64,000 nt of DNA from Solirubrobacterales bacterium (GCA_049276635.1 JBASWU010000049.1:12981-76980); one strand, 5' to 3'; shown: positions 52,180 through 61,964, counted from the stretch's first letter. Notes: generated by a model from the sequence alone, not told the origin. Numbers and translations are program-made.

Positions 52180-53118
52180 TCAGCCGATCCCGAGCCGGTC
52201 GAGCAGCCCATCGTCGCGGCGCCAGCCCTTGCGCACCGACGCGCGAAGCTCGAGATGCACGTGTGTCTCGAGCAACTGCTCGAGCGCCGGCCGCGCGTTG
52301 GCGCCGATCGCCTTGATCATGCGGCCGCCCCGGCCGATCACGATGCCTTTCTGCGATTCGGTCTCGACCCAGAGATTCGCCTTGACGTAGGTGATCGTGC
52401 CGCTGTCGTCGGCCGGCTCGACGCGTTCGATCTCGTCGACGCGGACCTCGATCGCGTGGGGCAACTCGTCGCGCGTCCGCAGCAGCGCCTGCTCGCGAAT
52501 CAACTCGGCGACGCGCATGTCGACCGGCTGGTCGGTCGCGTCCTCAGGCGGAAACAGGAACGGCCCCTCCGGCAGTAGCTCGATCAGCGCGTCGACCAGC
52601 TGCGCGACGCCGGCGCCGGTGCGAGCCGAGACCGGGTAAAGCTCGCCGGGCGCGAACTTGGCGGCGTCGAGCAGCGCCTGCGCGGTGCGGCCGCGGTCGA
52701 GCAGGTCGATCTTGTTGATCACGGTGATCACCGGGACGTTCGCCTTGGTCAGCAGCTCCGCGAGATAGCGATCCCCCCCGCCCGAACGCTGTTCGCCGTT
52801 GATCACGAAGACCGCGGCGTCGCAGTCCTCGACCGAGGCGATCACGCGCTTTTGCATGCGCTGCGTCATCGTGTCCCGCGGTCGCTGGCTGCCGGGCAGG
52901 TCGACGAGGACGAGCTGCGAATCGCGCCGCGTCAACACCCCGCGCACCTCACGCCGCGTGGTCTGTGGTTTGTCGCTGACGATCGCGACCTTTTCGCCGA
53001 CGATGCCGTTGACGAGCGTCGACTTGCCGGCGTTTGGGCGGCCGGCCAGCGCGACCATGCCCGATCGCGTGCGCAGGCCGTCGAATGACCGGAGGCTCCC
53101 GGGATTGTGCAGGGTCAT
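52180..53118 (-). CDS. era: GTPase Era
   Basis: GRPNAGKSTL (G1), DLPG (G3), NKID (G4) and a C-terminal KH domain (VIGRGGRMIKAIG). Confidence 0.95.
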   Translation of the reverse strand: MTLHNPGSLRSFDGLRTRSGMVALAGRPNAGKSTLVNGIVGEKVAIVSDKPQTTRREVRGVLTRRDSQLVLVDLPGSQRPRDTMTQRMQKRVIASVEDCDAAVFVINGEQRSGGGDRYLAELLTKANVPVITVINKIDLLDRGRTAQALLDAAKFAPGELYPVSARTGAGVAQLVDALIELLPEGPFLFPPEDATDQPVDMRVAELIREQALLRTRDELPHAIEVRVDEIERVEPADDSGTITYVKANLWVETESQKGIVIGRGGRMIKAIGANARPALEQLLETHVHLELRASVRKGWRRDDGLLDRLGIG

Positions 53119-53546
53119 CGTGCCGCGCCCAGCTCGCTGACGATCTCGTCTTGCAGCGCAAGCATCGCGCCGTCGTCGACCTCGTGGTCGTATCCGCAGA
53201 GGTGCAGAACGCCGTGAACGGTCGCTTCGACCATATTCTCGGTATGCGCCGGACAGATCACCACGTCGCCCAGTTCTAGTGGACCGGTGAAGCTCGGCGG
53301 CGGCCCGGTGACCGCGATCCGCTCACCGTCGACGGGGAAGCTCAAGACGTCGGTCGGCACGTCCTTGTCGCGGTGGGCGCGGTTGAGGTTGTGGATGCGG
53401 GCGGCGTCGACGATCTCGATGGCGACGTGGCCGGCGCTCACCCCGACACGCCGCAGCGTGGCGGCGGCGGCGGCGCGCAGTTCTGGGTCCGCGCCGCCGA
53501 CCAACTCGATCTCGAGCCCGTCGCCGGCGGCGCCCGGGCCGCTCAT
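53115..53546 (-). CDS. ybeY: rRNA maturation endoribonuclease YbeY
   Basis: HGVLHLCGYDH zinc-binding motif. Overlaps era and phoH by 4 nt each. Confidence 0.93.
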   Translation of the reverse strand: MSGPGAAGDGLEIELVGGADPELRAAAAATLRRVGVSAGHVAIEIVDAARIHNLNRAHRDKDVPTDVLSFPVDGERIAVTGPPPSFTGPLELGDVVICPAHTENMVEATVHGVLHLCGYDHEVDDGAMLALQDEIVSELGAAR

Positions 53547-54547
53547 TGCCCGGTGTCGTTGCGACGGCCGGCGCCGCCCCTGCGCCGGGATTTGCGCTGG
53601 AGTTCGAGATCCTCGGAGTGCTCGGCGTACGCCGTGACGATTTTCTGGACCAGCTTGTGCCGCACGACGTCATCGGCGCTGAAACGCACAAAGGCGATGT
53701 CGTCGATTCCCTCGAGCACCTGGCCGACCTCGATCAGGCCGCTGCGCTCGCCCTTGGGCAGGTCGATCTGGGTGATGTCGCCGGTGACGACGATCTGCGA
53801 TCCAAAGCCGAGCCGGGTGAGAAACATCTTCATCTGCTCGGGAGAGGTGTTCTGCGCCTCGTCGAGGATCACGAAGCTGTCGTTGAGCGTGCGTCCGCGC
53901 ATAAAGGCCAGCGGTGCCACTTCGATCGCCCCGCCCTGGAGGTACTGCTCGACGCGCTCGGGTTCGAGCATGTCGTAAAGCGCGTCGAACAACGGGCGCA
54001 GATACGGGTCGACTTTGGCCATCAGGTCACCCGGCAGAAAGCCGAGCCGTTCGCCGGCCTCGACCGCGGGGCGCGTGAGGATTATCCGGCTGACCCTGCG
54101 GCTTGACAGCGCTTGCGCCGCCATCGCGATCGCCAGATAAGTCTTGCCGGTTCCGGCCGGGCCGACCCCGAACGTGACCGTTTTGCCGCGAATCGCGTCG
54201 ACGTAGTTTTTCTGGTTGACCGTCTTGGGCGCGACCTTCTTGTCGCGATGGCGCCAGACGACGTCCTCAAGCACGTCGGCGGGGTTCTTGTGGTTGTCGA
54301 GCGCACTGGCGACGACGTTGATCGTGCCCGGAGCGATTTCGTGGCCGTTCTCGATCAGCTCGGCGAGTTCTTCGACGACGCCGCGGGCGGTGTCGACGTC
54401 GATGTCGTCGCCCTCGAGCGTGAGCACGTTCCCGCGCAGGTGAACTGCACAGTCGAGGTGATCCTCGAGCGTCTTGAGCACGGCGTCCTGGGTGCCGGCG
54501 AGCTCGGCGGCTACGGAGTTGTCGAGTTCGATCGCGGTGCGGGTCAA
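53543..54547 (-). CDS. phoH: PhoH-like ATPase
   Basis: GPAGTGKTYLA Walker A, ILDEAQN Walker B and VVTGDITQIDLP motifs. Confidence 0.92.
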   Translation of the reverse strand: MTRTAIELDNSVAAELAGTQDAVLKTLEDHLDCAVHLRGNVLTLEGDDIDVDTARGVVEELAELIENGHEIAPGTINVVASALDNHKNPADVLEDVVWRHRDKKVAPKTVNQKNYVDAIRGKTVTFGVGPAGTGKTYLAIAMAAQALSSRRVSRIILTRPAVEAGERLGFLPGDLMAKVDPYLRPLFDALYDMLEPERVEQYLQGGAIEVAPLAFMRGRTLNDSFVILDEAQNTSPEQMKMFLTRLGFGSQIVVTGDITQIDLPKGERSGLIEVGQVLEGIDDIAFVRFSADDVVRHKLVQKIVTAYAEHSEDLELQRKSRRRGGAGRRNDTGQ

Positions 54548-54975
54548 GAGGGCAGGCGCTCCTTCACGGCGGCCTGCACGCGGTTGCCGTCGGCACGGCC
54601 GCCGACCTTGGGCATCACCTCGCCCATCACCTTGCCGATGTCCGCCGGCGACGCGGCGCCGGTCTGCTCGATCGCGGCGGCGACGATCCCGGCGAGTTCG
54701 TCATCATCGATCTGTGCCGGCAGGTAGACCTCGATCAGCGCGGCCTCGGATTCTTCTTGCCGCGCGGCTTCGGCGCGGCCGCCGTCGCGGAATGCCTTCG
54801 CCGACTCGAGGCGCCGCTTGCGCGCGGACTGCAGCACGGCAATCTCGTCGGCGCCGCCCTCTTTGGCGGCCTTCTGCAGATCGGCGATGATCAGTCGCAG
54901 CGCCTGGACCTTGTCCTTCGCGCCGGCCTTCATCGCGGTCTTTACGTCGTCTTGAAGTTGTTCGAGTATCGGCAT
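54544..54975 (-). CDS. yqeY: GatB/YqeY-domain protein
   Basis: 143 aa. LQDDVKTAMKAGAKDKVQALRLI...IEVYLP...MGEVMPKV is typical of the YqeY family. Confidence 0.8.
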   Translation of the reverse strand: MPILEQLQDDVKTAMKAGAKDKVQALRLIIADLQKAAKEGGADEIAVLQSARKRRLESAKAFRDGGRAEAARQEESEAALIEVYLPAQIDDDELAGIVAAAIEQTGAASPADIGKVMGEVMPKVGGRADGNRVQAAVKERLPS

Positions 54976-55051
54976 CAGTCCAGGGTAATGGTTTGACCTC
55001 CGCCGACGACCGGGGTCATGGAGTCGCGAGCCGGTCTGGCTCGAGCCGTTG

Positions 55052-55993
55052 TCAGATGGTCAGGACGATCTTGCCGAGCTTTCCGCCGGCCGCGAATCGC
55101 TCGTACGCCGCGGCCACATCGTCGAGCGCGAATGAGTGGGCGACCGGGACCCGGGCCAGGCCACGCTCGAACAGAGGAAGCACGCTCTTTTCCATCGCCC
55201 GCGCCGTCGCCGCCTTCTCCTCCAGCGGCCGGGCGCGCAGGGTCGAGCCGCGCAGCGCCGCGCGCTTGCCCATCAGCGCGAGCAGATTGACGTCGGCCTT
55301 GAATCCGGCGCCGACTCCGATCACGACGATTCGACCGGCGATCGCGACCGATTTGAGGTTGGCCGGCATGTTCGGCGCGCCGACGAGTTCGAGAATCACG
55401 TCGAAGGGACCGTGCCGTTCGAATCCTTCGGGATCGACGACAGAGTGCGCGCCCAGCGAGGTGACCGCTTCGCGCAGGCCGGAACTGCGGACGGTGGCCG
55501 TGACGTCGGCGCCGGCCGCCACTCCGAGCTGGACGGCGGCGGTGCCGACTCCCCCGGCCGCGCCATGCACGAGCAGCCGCTCGCCGGCGGCCAGACCACA
55601 CTGCGTGAAGATCGCGTCATGGGCGGTCGTGAAAACCTCCGGCAGGCCGCCGGCCTCCGGCCAGCCGAGCCCGGCGGGCACGGGCATCGCCTGGCGTTCG
55701 TGCACGGTCAGCAGCTCGGCCTGGCCGCCCCCGCCGGCGATCCCCATCACCCGGTCGCCGACGGCGAACCGGATCGCCCCGTCGCCGAGCCCTACGACCT
55801 CGCCGGCGAACTCCAGCCCGGGGATGTCGGCCGGCGAGCCAGGCGGCGCGGGGTACGCGCCCTTGACCTGCAGCAGATCGGCCCCGTTGAGCCCGGCGGC
55901 GCGCACGCGCACCAGCAGCTCCCCCCTGCCCGGCGTCGGGTCGGGGTGATCGGCGACAGAAATCGCGCTGTCGTTGATTGTGGCCGCGCGCAT
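55052..55993 (-). CDS. NADPH:quinone oxidoreductase (zeta-crystallin-like MDR)
   Basis: GELLVRVRAAGLNGADL, PGLEFAGEV, VHGAAGGVGTAAVQL and GKIVLTI motifs. Confidence 0.85.
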   Translation of the reverse strand: MRAATINDSAISVADHPDPTPGRGELLVRVRAAGLNGADLLQVKGAYPAPPGSPADIPGLEFAGEVVGLGDGAIRFAVGDRVMGIAGGGGQAELLTVHERQAMPVPAGLGWPEAGGLPEVFTTAHDAIFTQCGLAAGERLLVHGAAGGVGTAAVQLGVAAGADVTATVRSSGLREAVTSLGAHSVVDPEGFERHGPFDVILELVGAPNMPANLKSVAIAGRIVVIGVGAGFKADVNLLALMGKRAALRGSTLRARPLEEKAATARAMEKSVLPLFERGLARVPVAHSFALDDVAAAYERFAAGGKLGKIVLTI

Positions 55994-56070
55994 CGCCGGC
56001 AGTCTAAAGCCACGCGGGTGTCACCTTGCGAATGCCGCGAGACCGCGAGATCCGCGCCACCCCGCCCTGC

Positions 56071-56892
56071 TCAGCGGCTAAGCAAGAGGCCGGTCCAGCC
56101 GCCTTCGCTGATTCGCTCGCGCTCCCGGAGGCCGAGCCGCGCGAAGGCCGCGGCAACCTCGTCGGCCTCCTCGTCGAGCAACCCCGACAAAATCATGTTT
56201 CGCATCGCGTGCCCGGCGGGGACCCGAGCGGCGATCTCGAGCAGCAGGGGGCGCATCAGATTGGCCAGCACGGTCGGCGCGAGCGGCGGCGGCTGATCAC
56301 GCAGGTCGAAGCGGCCGACGGCGAGCTCGACCGCATTCTCGCGCGCGTTGGCCGCCGCCGCCTCGACGGCCAGCGGGTCGTGGTCGTAGCCGCGCACAGG
56401 GTTCCACCCCAGCTTCGACGCCGCGATCGCGAGAACCCCTGAACCGCAGCCGAGATCGACCGCCTCGCCATCCGGCTCAAGACCGAGCAGAAGCCGCAGG
56501 CACAGTCGCGTAGTCGGATGAGAGCCGGTCCCAAAGGCCTGCCCTGGATCGAGCACGATCGCCGTGGCTCCGCGGCGCGCGGCGCCCTGGTCCCAGCTCG
56601 GCCGCAGGTCGATATCGCCGCGATCACCGCTGACCAAAACCGCGCCGTGAAACTGCTTCCAGCGTTCATGCCAGTCATCGGGCACCTCGGTCGTTCGCAC
56701 CTCGACCAGTTCGTCACCGACGGCGACCTCGAGATCGGGCAGCGACGGGACCTCGCCGGGCGGTCCGTAGACCGCGTACTCGACGATGTCACCGTCGTGC
56801 AGCTCCTCGATCCCGGTCGGCGCGAGCTCGATCAACTGGGCGAGCGCGAGCTCGGCGTTTTCGGCGCGGCAGCGGATCGCCAGGCGGATCAA
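56071..56892 (-). CDS. prmA: Ribosomal protein L11 methyltransferase
   Basis: [18 protein letters not shown] and the [17 protein letters not shown] motif. Overlaps the dnaJ stop by 4 nt. Confidence 0.88.
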   Translation of the reverse strand: MIRLAIRCRAENAELALAQLIELAPTGIEELHDGDIVEYAVYGPPGEVPSLPDLEVAVGDELVEVRTTEVPDDWHERWKQFHGAVLVSGDRGDIDLRPSWDQGAARRGATAIVLDPGQAFGTGSHPTTRLCLRLLLGLEPDGEAVDLGCGSGVLAIAASKLGWNPVRGYDHDPLAVEAAAANARENAVELAVGRFDLRDQPPPLAPTVLANLMRPLLLEIAARVPAGHAMRNMILSGLLDEEADEVAAAFARLGLRERERISEGGWTGLLLSR

Positions 56893-58034
56893 CGCAGCGC
56901 CCGGCGCAGCCGAGACAGGATCGACTGCCTGCCGGGCTCGCGCAGGTTGTCCTCGGTCAGGGACTCGCCGAATCGCTCAAGCAGGTCACGTTGCTCGTCG
57001 GTCAGGTTGTGCGGCACTCGCAAGTTGACCACCGCGTGCAAATCACCGCGGATCGAACTGCGGATCCCGGGCAGGCCGTGGCCTCTGAGTTTGATCTCGT
57101 CGCCGTGCGACGTACCCGGCGCGATCTCGATCCGTTCGGGGCCGTCGAGCGTCGCGATTTCGGTCTCGACGCCGAGCATCGCCTCGTGCACCGTGACGTC
57201 GACGACCACGTACAGTTCTGTGCCTTCGCGGTGAAAGCGATCATCTTCGGCAACGTGGACCGCCACGTAGAGGTCGCCGGGTGGGCCGTTGTTGGCGCCG
57301 GAGTGCCCGCGACCTGGCACGCGCACCTGCTGACCGTCGGCGATGCCCGCCGGTATCTCCACGGAGACCTCGCGATCAACCCGCACGCGGCCTTTGCCGC
57401 GGCACTCGGTGCAAGGCGTCGAAACCTTTTGGCCGAGTCCATCGCACTCGTCACAAGCCATCTCGCGAGCGATCTGCCCGATCGCCGTGCGTGTGACGAC
57501 CCGAAGGCGCCCGGCTCCGCCGCACTTGCCACAAGTTTCGGCGGAGGTGCCCGGCTCGGCGCGCGATCCGTCGCAGCGGGCGCAGGTCTCGATCGCCTCG
57601 AAGGAGAGATCGACTTTGCGCCCGGCGATGACATCGGACAGCTCGATCGTGGTCTCGACGGCGAGGTCTCCACCCTGCTGCGGGCCACGGCCGGTGGCGG
57701 TCGCCCGGCCGCCGCCGAAAACCCCGCCGCCCGCACCGCCGAAAAAGGCCTCGAAGATGCTGCCGAAATCGCCGAACCCGCTGAAGTCGGGCTCGCCTCC
57801 GCTGTTGCGCAGGCCCTCGTGGCCGAATCGGTCATAGGTCGCGCGCCTCTGAGGATCGCTGAGCACCTCGTAGGCGGCGGCGATCTCCTTGAACTCGCCC
57901 TCGGCCTCGGGCGAGTCGTTGACGTCGGGATGATGAGTGCGGGCGAGCCGGCGAAACGCCTTTTTGATCTCGGCGGCCTCGGCATCGCGGGAGACCGACA
58001 GGATCTCGTAGTAGTCGCGCGTGGTCGCCATCAA
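56889..58034 (-). CDS. dnaJ: Molecular chaperone DnaJ
   Basis: J domain (DYYEILSV...HHPDVN), G/F region and four CxxCxGxG zinc motifs. Confidence 0.96.
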   Translation of the reverse strand: MMATTRDYYEILSVSRDAEAAEIKKAFRRLARTHHPDVNDSPEAEGEFKEIAAAYEVLSDPQRRATYDRFGHEGLRNSGGEPDFSGFGDFGSIFEAFFGGAGGGVFGGGRATATGRGPQQGGDLAVETTIELSDVIAGRKVDLSFEAIETCARCDGSRAEPGTSAETCGKCGGAGRLRVVTRTAIGQIAREMACDECDGLGQKVSTPCTECRGKGRVRVDREVSVEIPAGIADGQQVRVPGRGHSGANNGPPGDLYVAVHVAEDDRFHREGTELYVVVDVTVHEAMLGVETEIATLDGPERIEIAPGTSHGDEIKLRGHGLPGIRSSIRGDLHAVVNLRVPHNLTDEQRDLLERFGESLTEDNLREPGRQSILSRLRRALR

Positions 58035-58053
58035 TCAGTCACTGATGACGAGG

Positions 58054-59076
58054 CTAGGCGTAAACGTCATCGACAAAGTCAGAAAGGCGCGCGGCGGCGT
58101 AACGCACCGACGCGATCGCACGCGGGTAATCCATGCGCACCGGCCCGACCACGTTGACCGACCCGAGGTTGCGCGCGTGCGTTCCGTAGTTGGCCCCGAC
58201 GAAGCTCGCGCCGGCCAGTTCCGAGACTTCATTTTCGTGGCCGATGCGCAGGTACACGCCGCGCTCGTCGAGGCGGGCGCGGAGAATCCTCAGCACGGTT
58301 CCGCGTTCCTCGAGCGTCGACATCAAGCGGTCGAGACGCGGAATCGATTCGCCACGGCCCTCGCCGATCAGGTAGCCGGTCCCACCGACGAACAATGTGT
58401 CGTCGCCGGCCGGAGGTTCGAGAAACACGGCCGAGATCGCTTCGACGAACCCGCGTTCGGTCGGCGGAAGATCGGGCGCGATCAGCCGCGTGCGCGTGGT
58501 GCGCGCGCCAAGCGGAACCCCGTTGAGAATCTCGTTGAGGTAACCCGTCGCCCACAGGACCAGGCCGTTGTCGACCTCCTGCTCGAAATCGAAGACGCGC
58601 TTGGTGACGCTGCCCGACGAGGTGATCACGACCACCGCGACCTTGCGCGCGTGCAGCCGGATCAGCTCGACGCGCAGAATGTCCTCGGTCGAGAGCGGCG
58701 GCGCGGAGATCAGCGCCATCAGCTCGTTGGCGCCGGCGAGCGTCTCGGTCGTCTGGCGAATCGCGTCGCCGATCTCGCGGTGGCCGAGACTCAGCTCGAT
58801 CGGAGGCGCTTCATGGCCCGGCTCGCGCGGGTGGCTGGCCAGAAACTCATCGACGAAATAGCGATACCCGGCCTCGGTCGGCCGGCGGCCGGCGGAGGTG
58901 TGCTGCTGCTCGAGCAGGCCGTGGCTGACGAGTACGGCAAACTCGTTGCGAACGGTTGAAGGCCCGAAGCCGACGTCGTGACGGTCGGCGATCGCCCGTG
59001 ACCCGACGGGGACGCCGCTATTGGTGTAGGTATCGACGACGATCCGCAGGATCTGCTCTTGGCGCTGCGTCAACAT
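58054..59076 (-). CDS. hrcA: Heat-inducible transcription repressor HrcA
   Basis: MLTQRQEQILRIVVDTY...VGSRAIA...STVRNEFAVL...HTSAGRRPTEAGYRYFVD. I choose the start at 59076 to match the conserved HrcA N-terminus. The track ORF (to 59148) would overlap the divergent ABC gene. Confidence 0.9.
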   Translation of the reverse strand: MLTQRQEQILRIVVDTYTNSGVPVGSRAIADRHDVGFGPSTVRNEFAVLVSHGLLEQQHTSAGRRPTEAGYRYFVDEFLASHPREPGHEAPPIELSLGHREIGDAIRQTTETLAGANELMALISAPPLSTEDILRVELIRLHARKVAVVVITSSGSVTKRVFDFEQEVDNGLVLWATGYLNEILNGVPLGARTTRTRLIAPDLPPTERGFVEAISAVFLEPPAGDDTLFVGGTGYLIGEGRGESIPRLDRLMSTLEERGTVLRILRARLDERGVYLRIGHENEVSELAGASFVGANYGTHARNLGSVNVVGPVRMDYPRAIASVRYAAARLSDFVDDVYA

Positions 59077-59083
59077 ACCGCTA

Positions 59084-59089
59084 AGGATA
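59084..59089 (-). promoter_or_regulatory. Possible -10 hexamer in leaderless geometry for hrcA
   Basis: The minus strand reads TATCCT, then 7 nt (tagcggt), then ATG(59076). There is no SD sequence. The whole divergent spacer to the ABC gene is only 37 bp. Confidence 0.3.
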
Positions 59090-59113
59090 GTTTCGATACC
59101 GTCGGGCCTGCTC

Positions 59114-60058
59114 ATGGCCGACCTAGTTAGATTTGAGAACGTCACCAAGCGCTACGGATCGCGCACGGTAATCGACTCGCTGAACTTCAGCGTCGGCGCC
59201 GGCAGCGTGACCGGACTGCTCGGTCCCAACGGCGCCGGCAAGTCCACGGCGATGCGCGTTTTGCTGGGCATCGCCCGCGCCAACGGCGGGCGTGCGGAGC
59301 TGTTTGGGACCGCGCCCGGCCAGGCCGAGTATCGCGACGCACTGCACCGCACCGGCGCCCACGTCGAGGAGCCGGCGCTTTACGCCAACGCCAGCGCCCG
59401 AGCGAATCTCGCGATTCACGCGGTCGGCCTGGGGATCGCCCGGAAGGATCCGCGGATCGACCGGATGCTCGACCAGGTTGGGCTCTCGTCGCGCGGTGGC
59501 GACAAGGCCAAGAAGTATTCGCTCGGAATGCGCCAGCGGCTCGGGCTGGCGATCGCGCTCGTCAACGAACCTGAGCTGGTGATCCTCGACGAGCCGACCA
59601 ACGGCCTGGACCCGGCCGGCGTGGTCGAGATTCGCGAGTTGATTCGCTCACTTCCCGGCGGCGGAACCACTGTGCTGGTCAGTTCGCACGTCCTCGCCGA
59701 GGTTCAGAAAACGGCCGATCACCTGGTGATCATCGATCAGGGCAAGCTTGTGATGGACGGCACGATCGACGACGCGATCGCCGGCGCGGCGACCGGCGGC
59801 CACCTACTGCGCGTCAGCGAAGGAGACCGAACGACGGCGACCGGCGTGCTTCAGCAACTCGGATTCACCGTGGCGATCGAGCCGAGCGGCCTGATGCTGA
59901 TCACCGGCGAGATTCGCGGCGGATCACAGATTTCACGGGCGCTGGCGGAGTCGGGGATCCACCTCGAAGAACTGCGGCCGCAGGAGGTCGACCTCGAGGC
60001 CGCATTCCTGAACATGACCGGCGGAGCCTCGGGCGACGCGGCGGCGAGCGGCAAATGA
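59114..60058 (+). CDS. ABC transporter ATP-binding protein (ABC-2/DrrA-like exporter)
   Basis: GLLGPNGAGKST, YSLGMRQRLGLA and VILDEPTNGLD motifs. Confidence 0.9.
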   Translation: MADLVRFENVTKRYGSRTVIDSLNFSVGAGSVTGLLGPNGAGKSTAMRVLLGIARANGGRAELFGTAPGQAEYRDALHRTGAHVEEPALYANASARANLAIHAVGLGIARKDPRIDRMLDQVGLSSRGGDKAKKYSLGMRQRLGLAIALVNEPELVILDEPTNGLDPAGVVEIRELIRSLPGGGTTVLVSSHVLAEVQKTADHLVIIDQGKLVMDGTIDDAIAGAATGGHLLRVSEGDRTTATGVLQQLGFTVAIEPSGLMLITGEIRGGSQISRALAESGIHLEELRPQEVDLEAAFLNMTGGASGDAAASGK

Positions 60059-60780
60059 ACATCGCGTCCGAACTACTGAAGCTGCGCTCGCTGCCCACGC
60101 CCAAGATGATCGCCGCCGTCTGCCTCGGACTGACCGCGCTCGTCACGCTGATCGTGGTCGTGACAAGCCCGAGTGACCCCGAGGTGTATCGCGAGGGTCC
60201 ACGCGGAACCGCAACCGTCGCCACGATGATCGGCGCGCTGGTTTTCGGCGCCTGGATGTTCGGCCTCGACTTTGCTCAAGGAACACTGCGCCGGACACTC
60301 GCCACCGAGCCTCGGCGGTGGGTCGTCCTGGCGAACAAGGGCTTGGTGACGGTGCTTGCGACGGCCGGTTTTTCGGCGGTGTCCGCCGCCTTCGGCGCGG
60401 CGCTCTCGCAATGGATCTCGTCGTCGCGATCGATTGGACTCGCCTGGGGAGACTCGCTCAACCTGATTCCGTCGCTGGTGATTCAAGCGACCCTGGTCGC
60501 CCTGATCGCGAGCGCGGTGACGCTCTTCTTCCGCAGCTTTGTCGGCGGACTGGTCGCGGCCTTCGCGCTGCTGTTCGTCGTCGATGGCGTGCTCGGCATC
60601 TGGGAGGCGATTCGCGACTACACGATCAGCGTGGCGCTCGCCGATATCGACATAACGTTCGCGAACAACAGCGCCGAGCCGACCAACGGTTTCGCTCCCG
60701 CGCTGCTGATCGTCTTCGCCTGGATCGCCGCGATCGCGGTGCCCGGCGTGATCCGCTTCCTGCGCGCCGACTTTAAGTGA
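60055..60780 (+). CDS. ABC-2-type transporter permease
   Basis: 241 aa with 6 predicted TM segments. The ATG overlaps the ATPase stop (ATGA). Confidence 0.75.
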   Translation: MNIASELLKLRSLPTPKMIAAVCLGLTALVTLIVVVTSPSDPEVYREGPRGTATVATMIGALVFGAWMFGLDFAQGTLRRTLATEPRRWVVLANKGLVTVLATAGFSAVSAAFGAALSQWISSSRSIGLAWGDSLNLIPSLVIQATLVALIASAVTLFFRSFVGGLVAAFALLFVVDGVLGIWEAIRDYTISVALADIDITFANNSAEPTNGFAPALLIVFAWIAAIAVPGVIRFLRADFK

Positions 60781-60923
60781 CGATGGAGGCCGGGGCTTCC
60801 GCGTGTAGCCCTGGCTGTTCTCGAGCAGGATTGGGATGGCTCACGGGTCTTGCACACAGTTGATCGGACAGACCCCTGGATAAGGCTGTTCTCCCAACGG
60901 CGAAAAGGCGATCTCCTGGGGCA

Positions 60924-61301
60924 CTATCCGAAGAATGACTCAGGTGAAGTTGTGCTCGAGGAGTCGAAGCTCTGAATGGCCGTAGCCCGAGCTTCCGCGA
61001 CTCGATCCGAGTCTTCAACATTCAGCAACTGGCCGAGCGCCGCCGCGTTGACACGGGCCCGCCAATAACCGTCGGTCCGCCGCCAGAATTCCATGTCGAT
61101 TTCACTGCCGCGCCTTGAGCCTGGCATGTGCGTCACGATGTCCTCCATGTCCTCGACGATCGCCCTAAGGATGCCGTGTGCCTCGTAGTTCGGCGGAACC
61201 CTTTTCCAGAAATCGTCAAGCGAGACGCTGCCGCTTACAACGTCATCGCCCAGCGTTGTCAGAGCCACAAGATCGTTTTCAGACACTTCCCACTTCATCA
61301 C
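60924..61301 (-). CDS. Hypothetical cytoplasmic protein in a lower-GC patch next to the IS end
   Basis: 125 aa (MMKWEVSENDLVALTTLGDDVV...), with a GGAAGG RBS 6 nt before the GTG-ATG start. I recognise no family. Codon usage is visibly less GC3-biased than in neighbouring genes. Confidence 0.55.
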   Translation of the reverse strand: MMKWEVSENDLVALTTLGDDVVSGSVSLDDFWKRVPPNYEAHGILRAIVEDMEDIVTHMPGSRRGSEIDMEFWRRTDGYWRARVNAAALGQLLNVEDSDRVAEARATAIQSFDSSSTTSPESFFG

Positions 61302-61337
61302 GTCACCTTCCCCATGGCCAGTGCTTAATCCCCTGTG

Positions 61338-61365
61338 TGAACCGCCCCGGCAAACTTGGAGGCGT
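61338..61365. repeat. IS terminal inverted repeat
   Basis: TGAACCGCCCCGGCAAACTTGGAGGCGT. As I recall the IS6110 IR, its first 14 nt (TGAACCGCCCCGGC) are identical and a GGAG block follows. Confidence 0.7.
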
Positions 61366-61368
61366 TTT

Positions 61369-61857
61369 TCATTGGGTAACTACGGCCGCCAGGTGATTCA
61401 TCTCGAACTCGATCGGCGGAATGTCTCCGCAGGCTCCATGGAGCCTGCGGTTGTTGTACCAGTCGACCCAGTTCAGGGTCGCCAGCTCAACGTCTGAAAC
61501 CGTGCGCCACGGACCATTTGGTCCGATCGCCTCGGTCTTGAAGAGTCCGATCGTGCTCTCGGCGAGCGCGTTGTCGTACGCGTCTCCAACCGATCCGATC
61601 GAGGCGTCGATGCCAGCGTCGATCAATCGCCTGGTGAAGGCGAAGCTCGTGTACTGGCTGCCGGCGTCCGAGTGGTGGATCAGACCTTTCTCCGTTGGAA
61701 GTCCCTCGTGGTCTCTGGACCAGATCGCCATCTCGATCGTGTCTAACACGAGGGTGGTCTTCATCGAACGAGCTACTCGCCAGCCGACGATCCGGCGGCT
61801 GAAGACGTCGATCACGAATGCCACGTAGGCTGTCGCCTCCCAGGCCGGGACATAGGT
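61369..61857 (-). CDS. IS3-family transposase OrfB, 3' exon (DDE integrase core, C-terminal part)
   Basis: TYVPAWEATAYVAFVIDVFSRRIVGWRVA...LIHHSDAGSQYTS...GSVGDAYDNALAES...LATLNWVDWYNNRRLH is the rve core, containing the second D and the E of DDE. The first D (W-x-x-D-x-TY) is missing and must lie in the 5' exon beyond the window. Upstream, the reading frame simply runs on through intron domains V and VI. Confidence 0.8.
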   Translation of the reverse strand, partial: TYVPAWEATAYVAFVIDVFSRRIVGWRVARSMKTTLVLDTIEMAIWSRDHEGLPTEKGLIHHSDAGSQYTSFAFTRRLIDAGIDASIGSVGDAYDNALAESTIGLFKTEAIGPNGPWRTVSDVELATLNWVDWYNNRRLHGACGDIPPIEFEMNHLAAVVTQ

Positions 61858-61861
61858 GTAG

Positions 61862-61918
61862 GGGTCGGACCGAGGCGCGGTGCCAAGCTTTCGCCCAGCC
61901 CGTTTCCCCGGCCCGCCC
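61862..61918 (-). ncRNA. Group II intron domain VI (extended) with putative branch-point A at 61865
   Basis: 5' GGGCGG pairs with 3' CCG-A-CCC, leaving one bulged A 8 nt from the proposed 3' splice site. The inner helix is capped by GC-GAAA-GC. Confidence 0.55.
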
Positions 61919-61921
61919 TCC

Positions 61922-61955
61922 GAACCGGACGTGCAACTCTCACTGCATCCGGCTC
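61922..61955 (-). ncRNA. Group II intron domain V
   Basis: GAGCCGGAUGCAGUGAGAGUUGCACGUCCGGUUC, 34 nt. It has the AGC catalytic triad, a 2-nt AC bulge and a GAGA (GNRA) tetraloop, and lies 9 nt after the RT stop. Confidence 0.85.
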
Positions 61956-61964
61956 TCCACAAGA

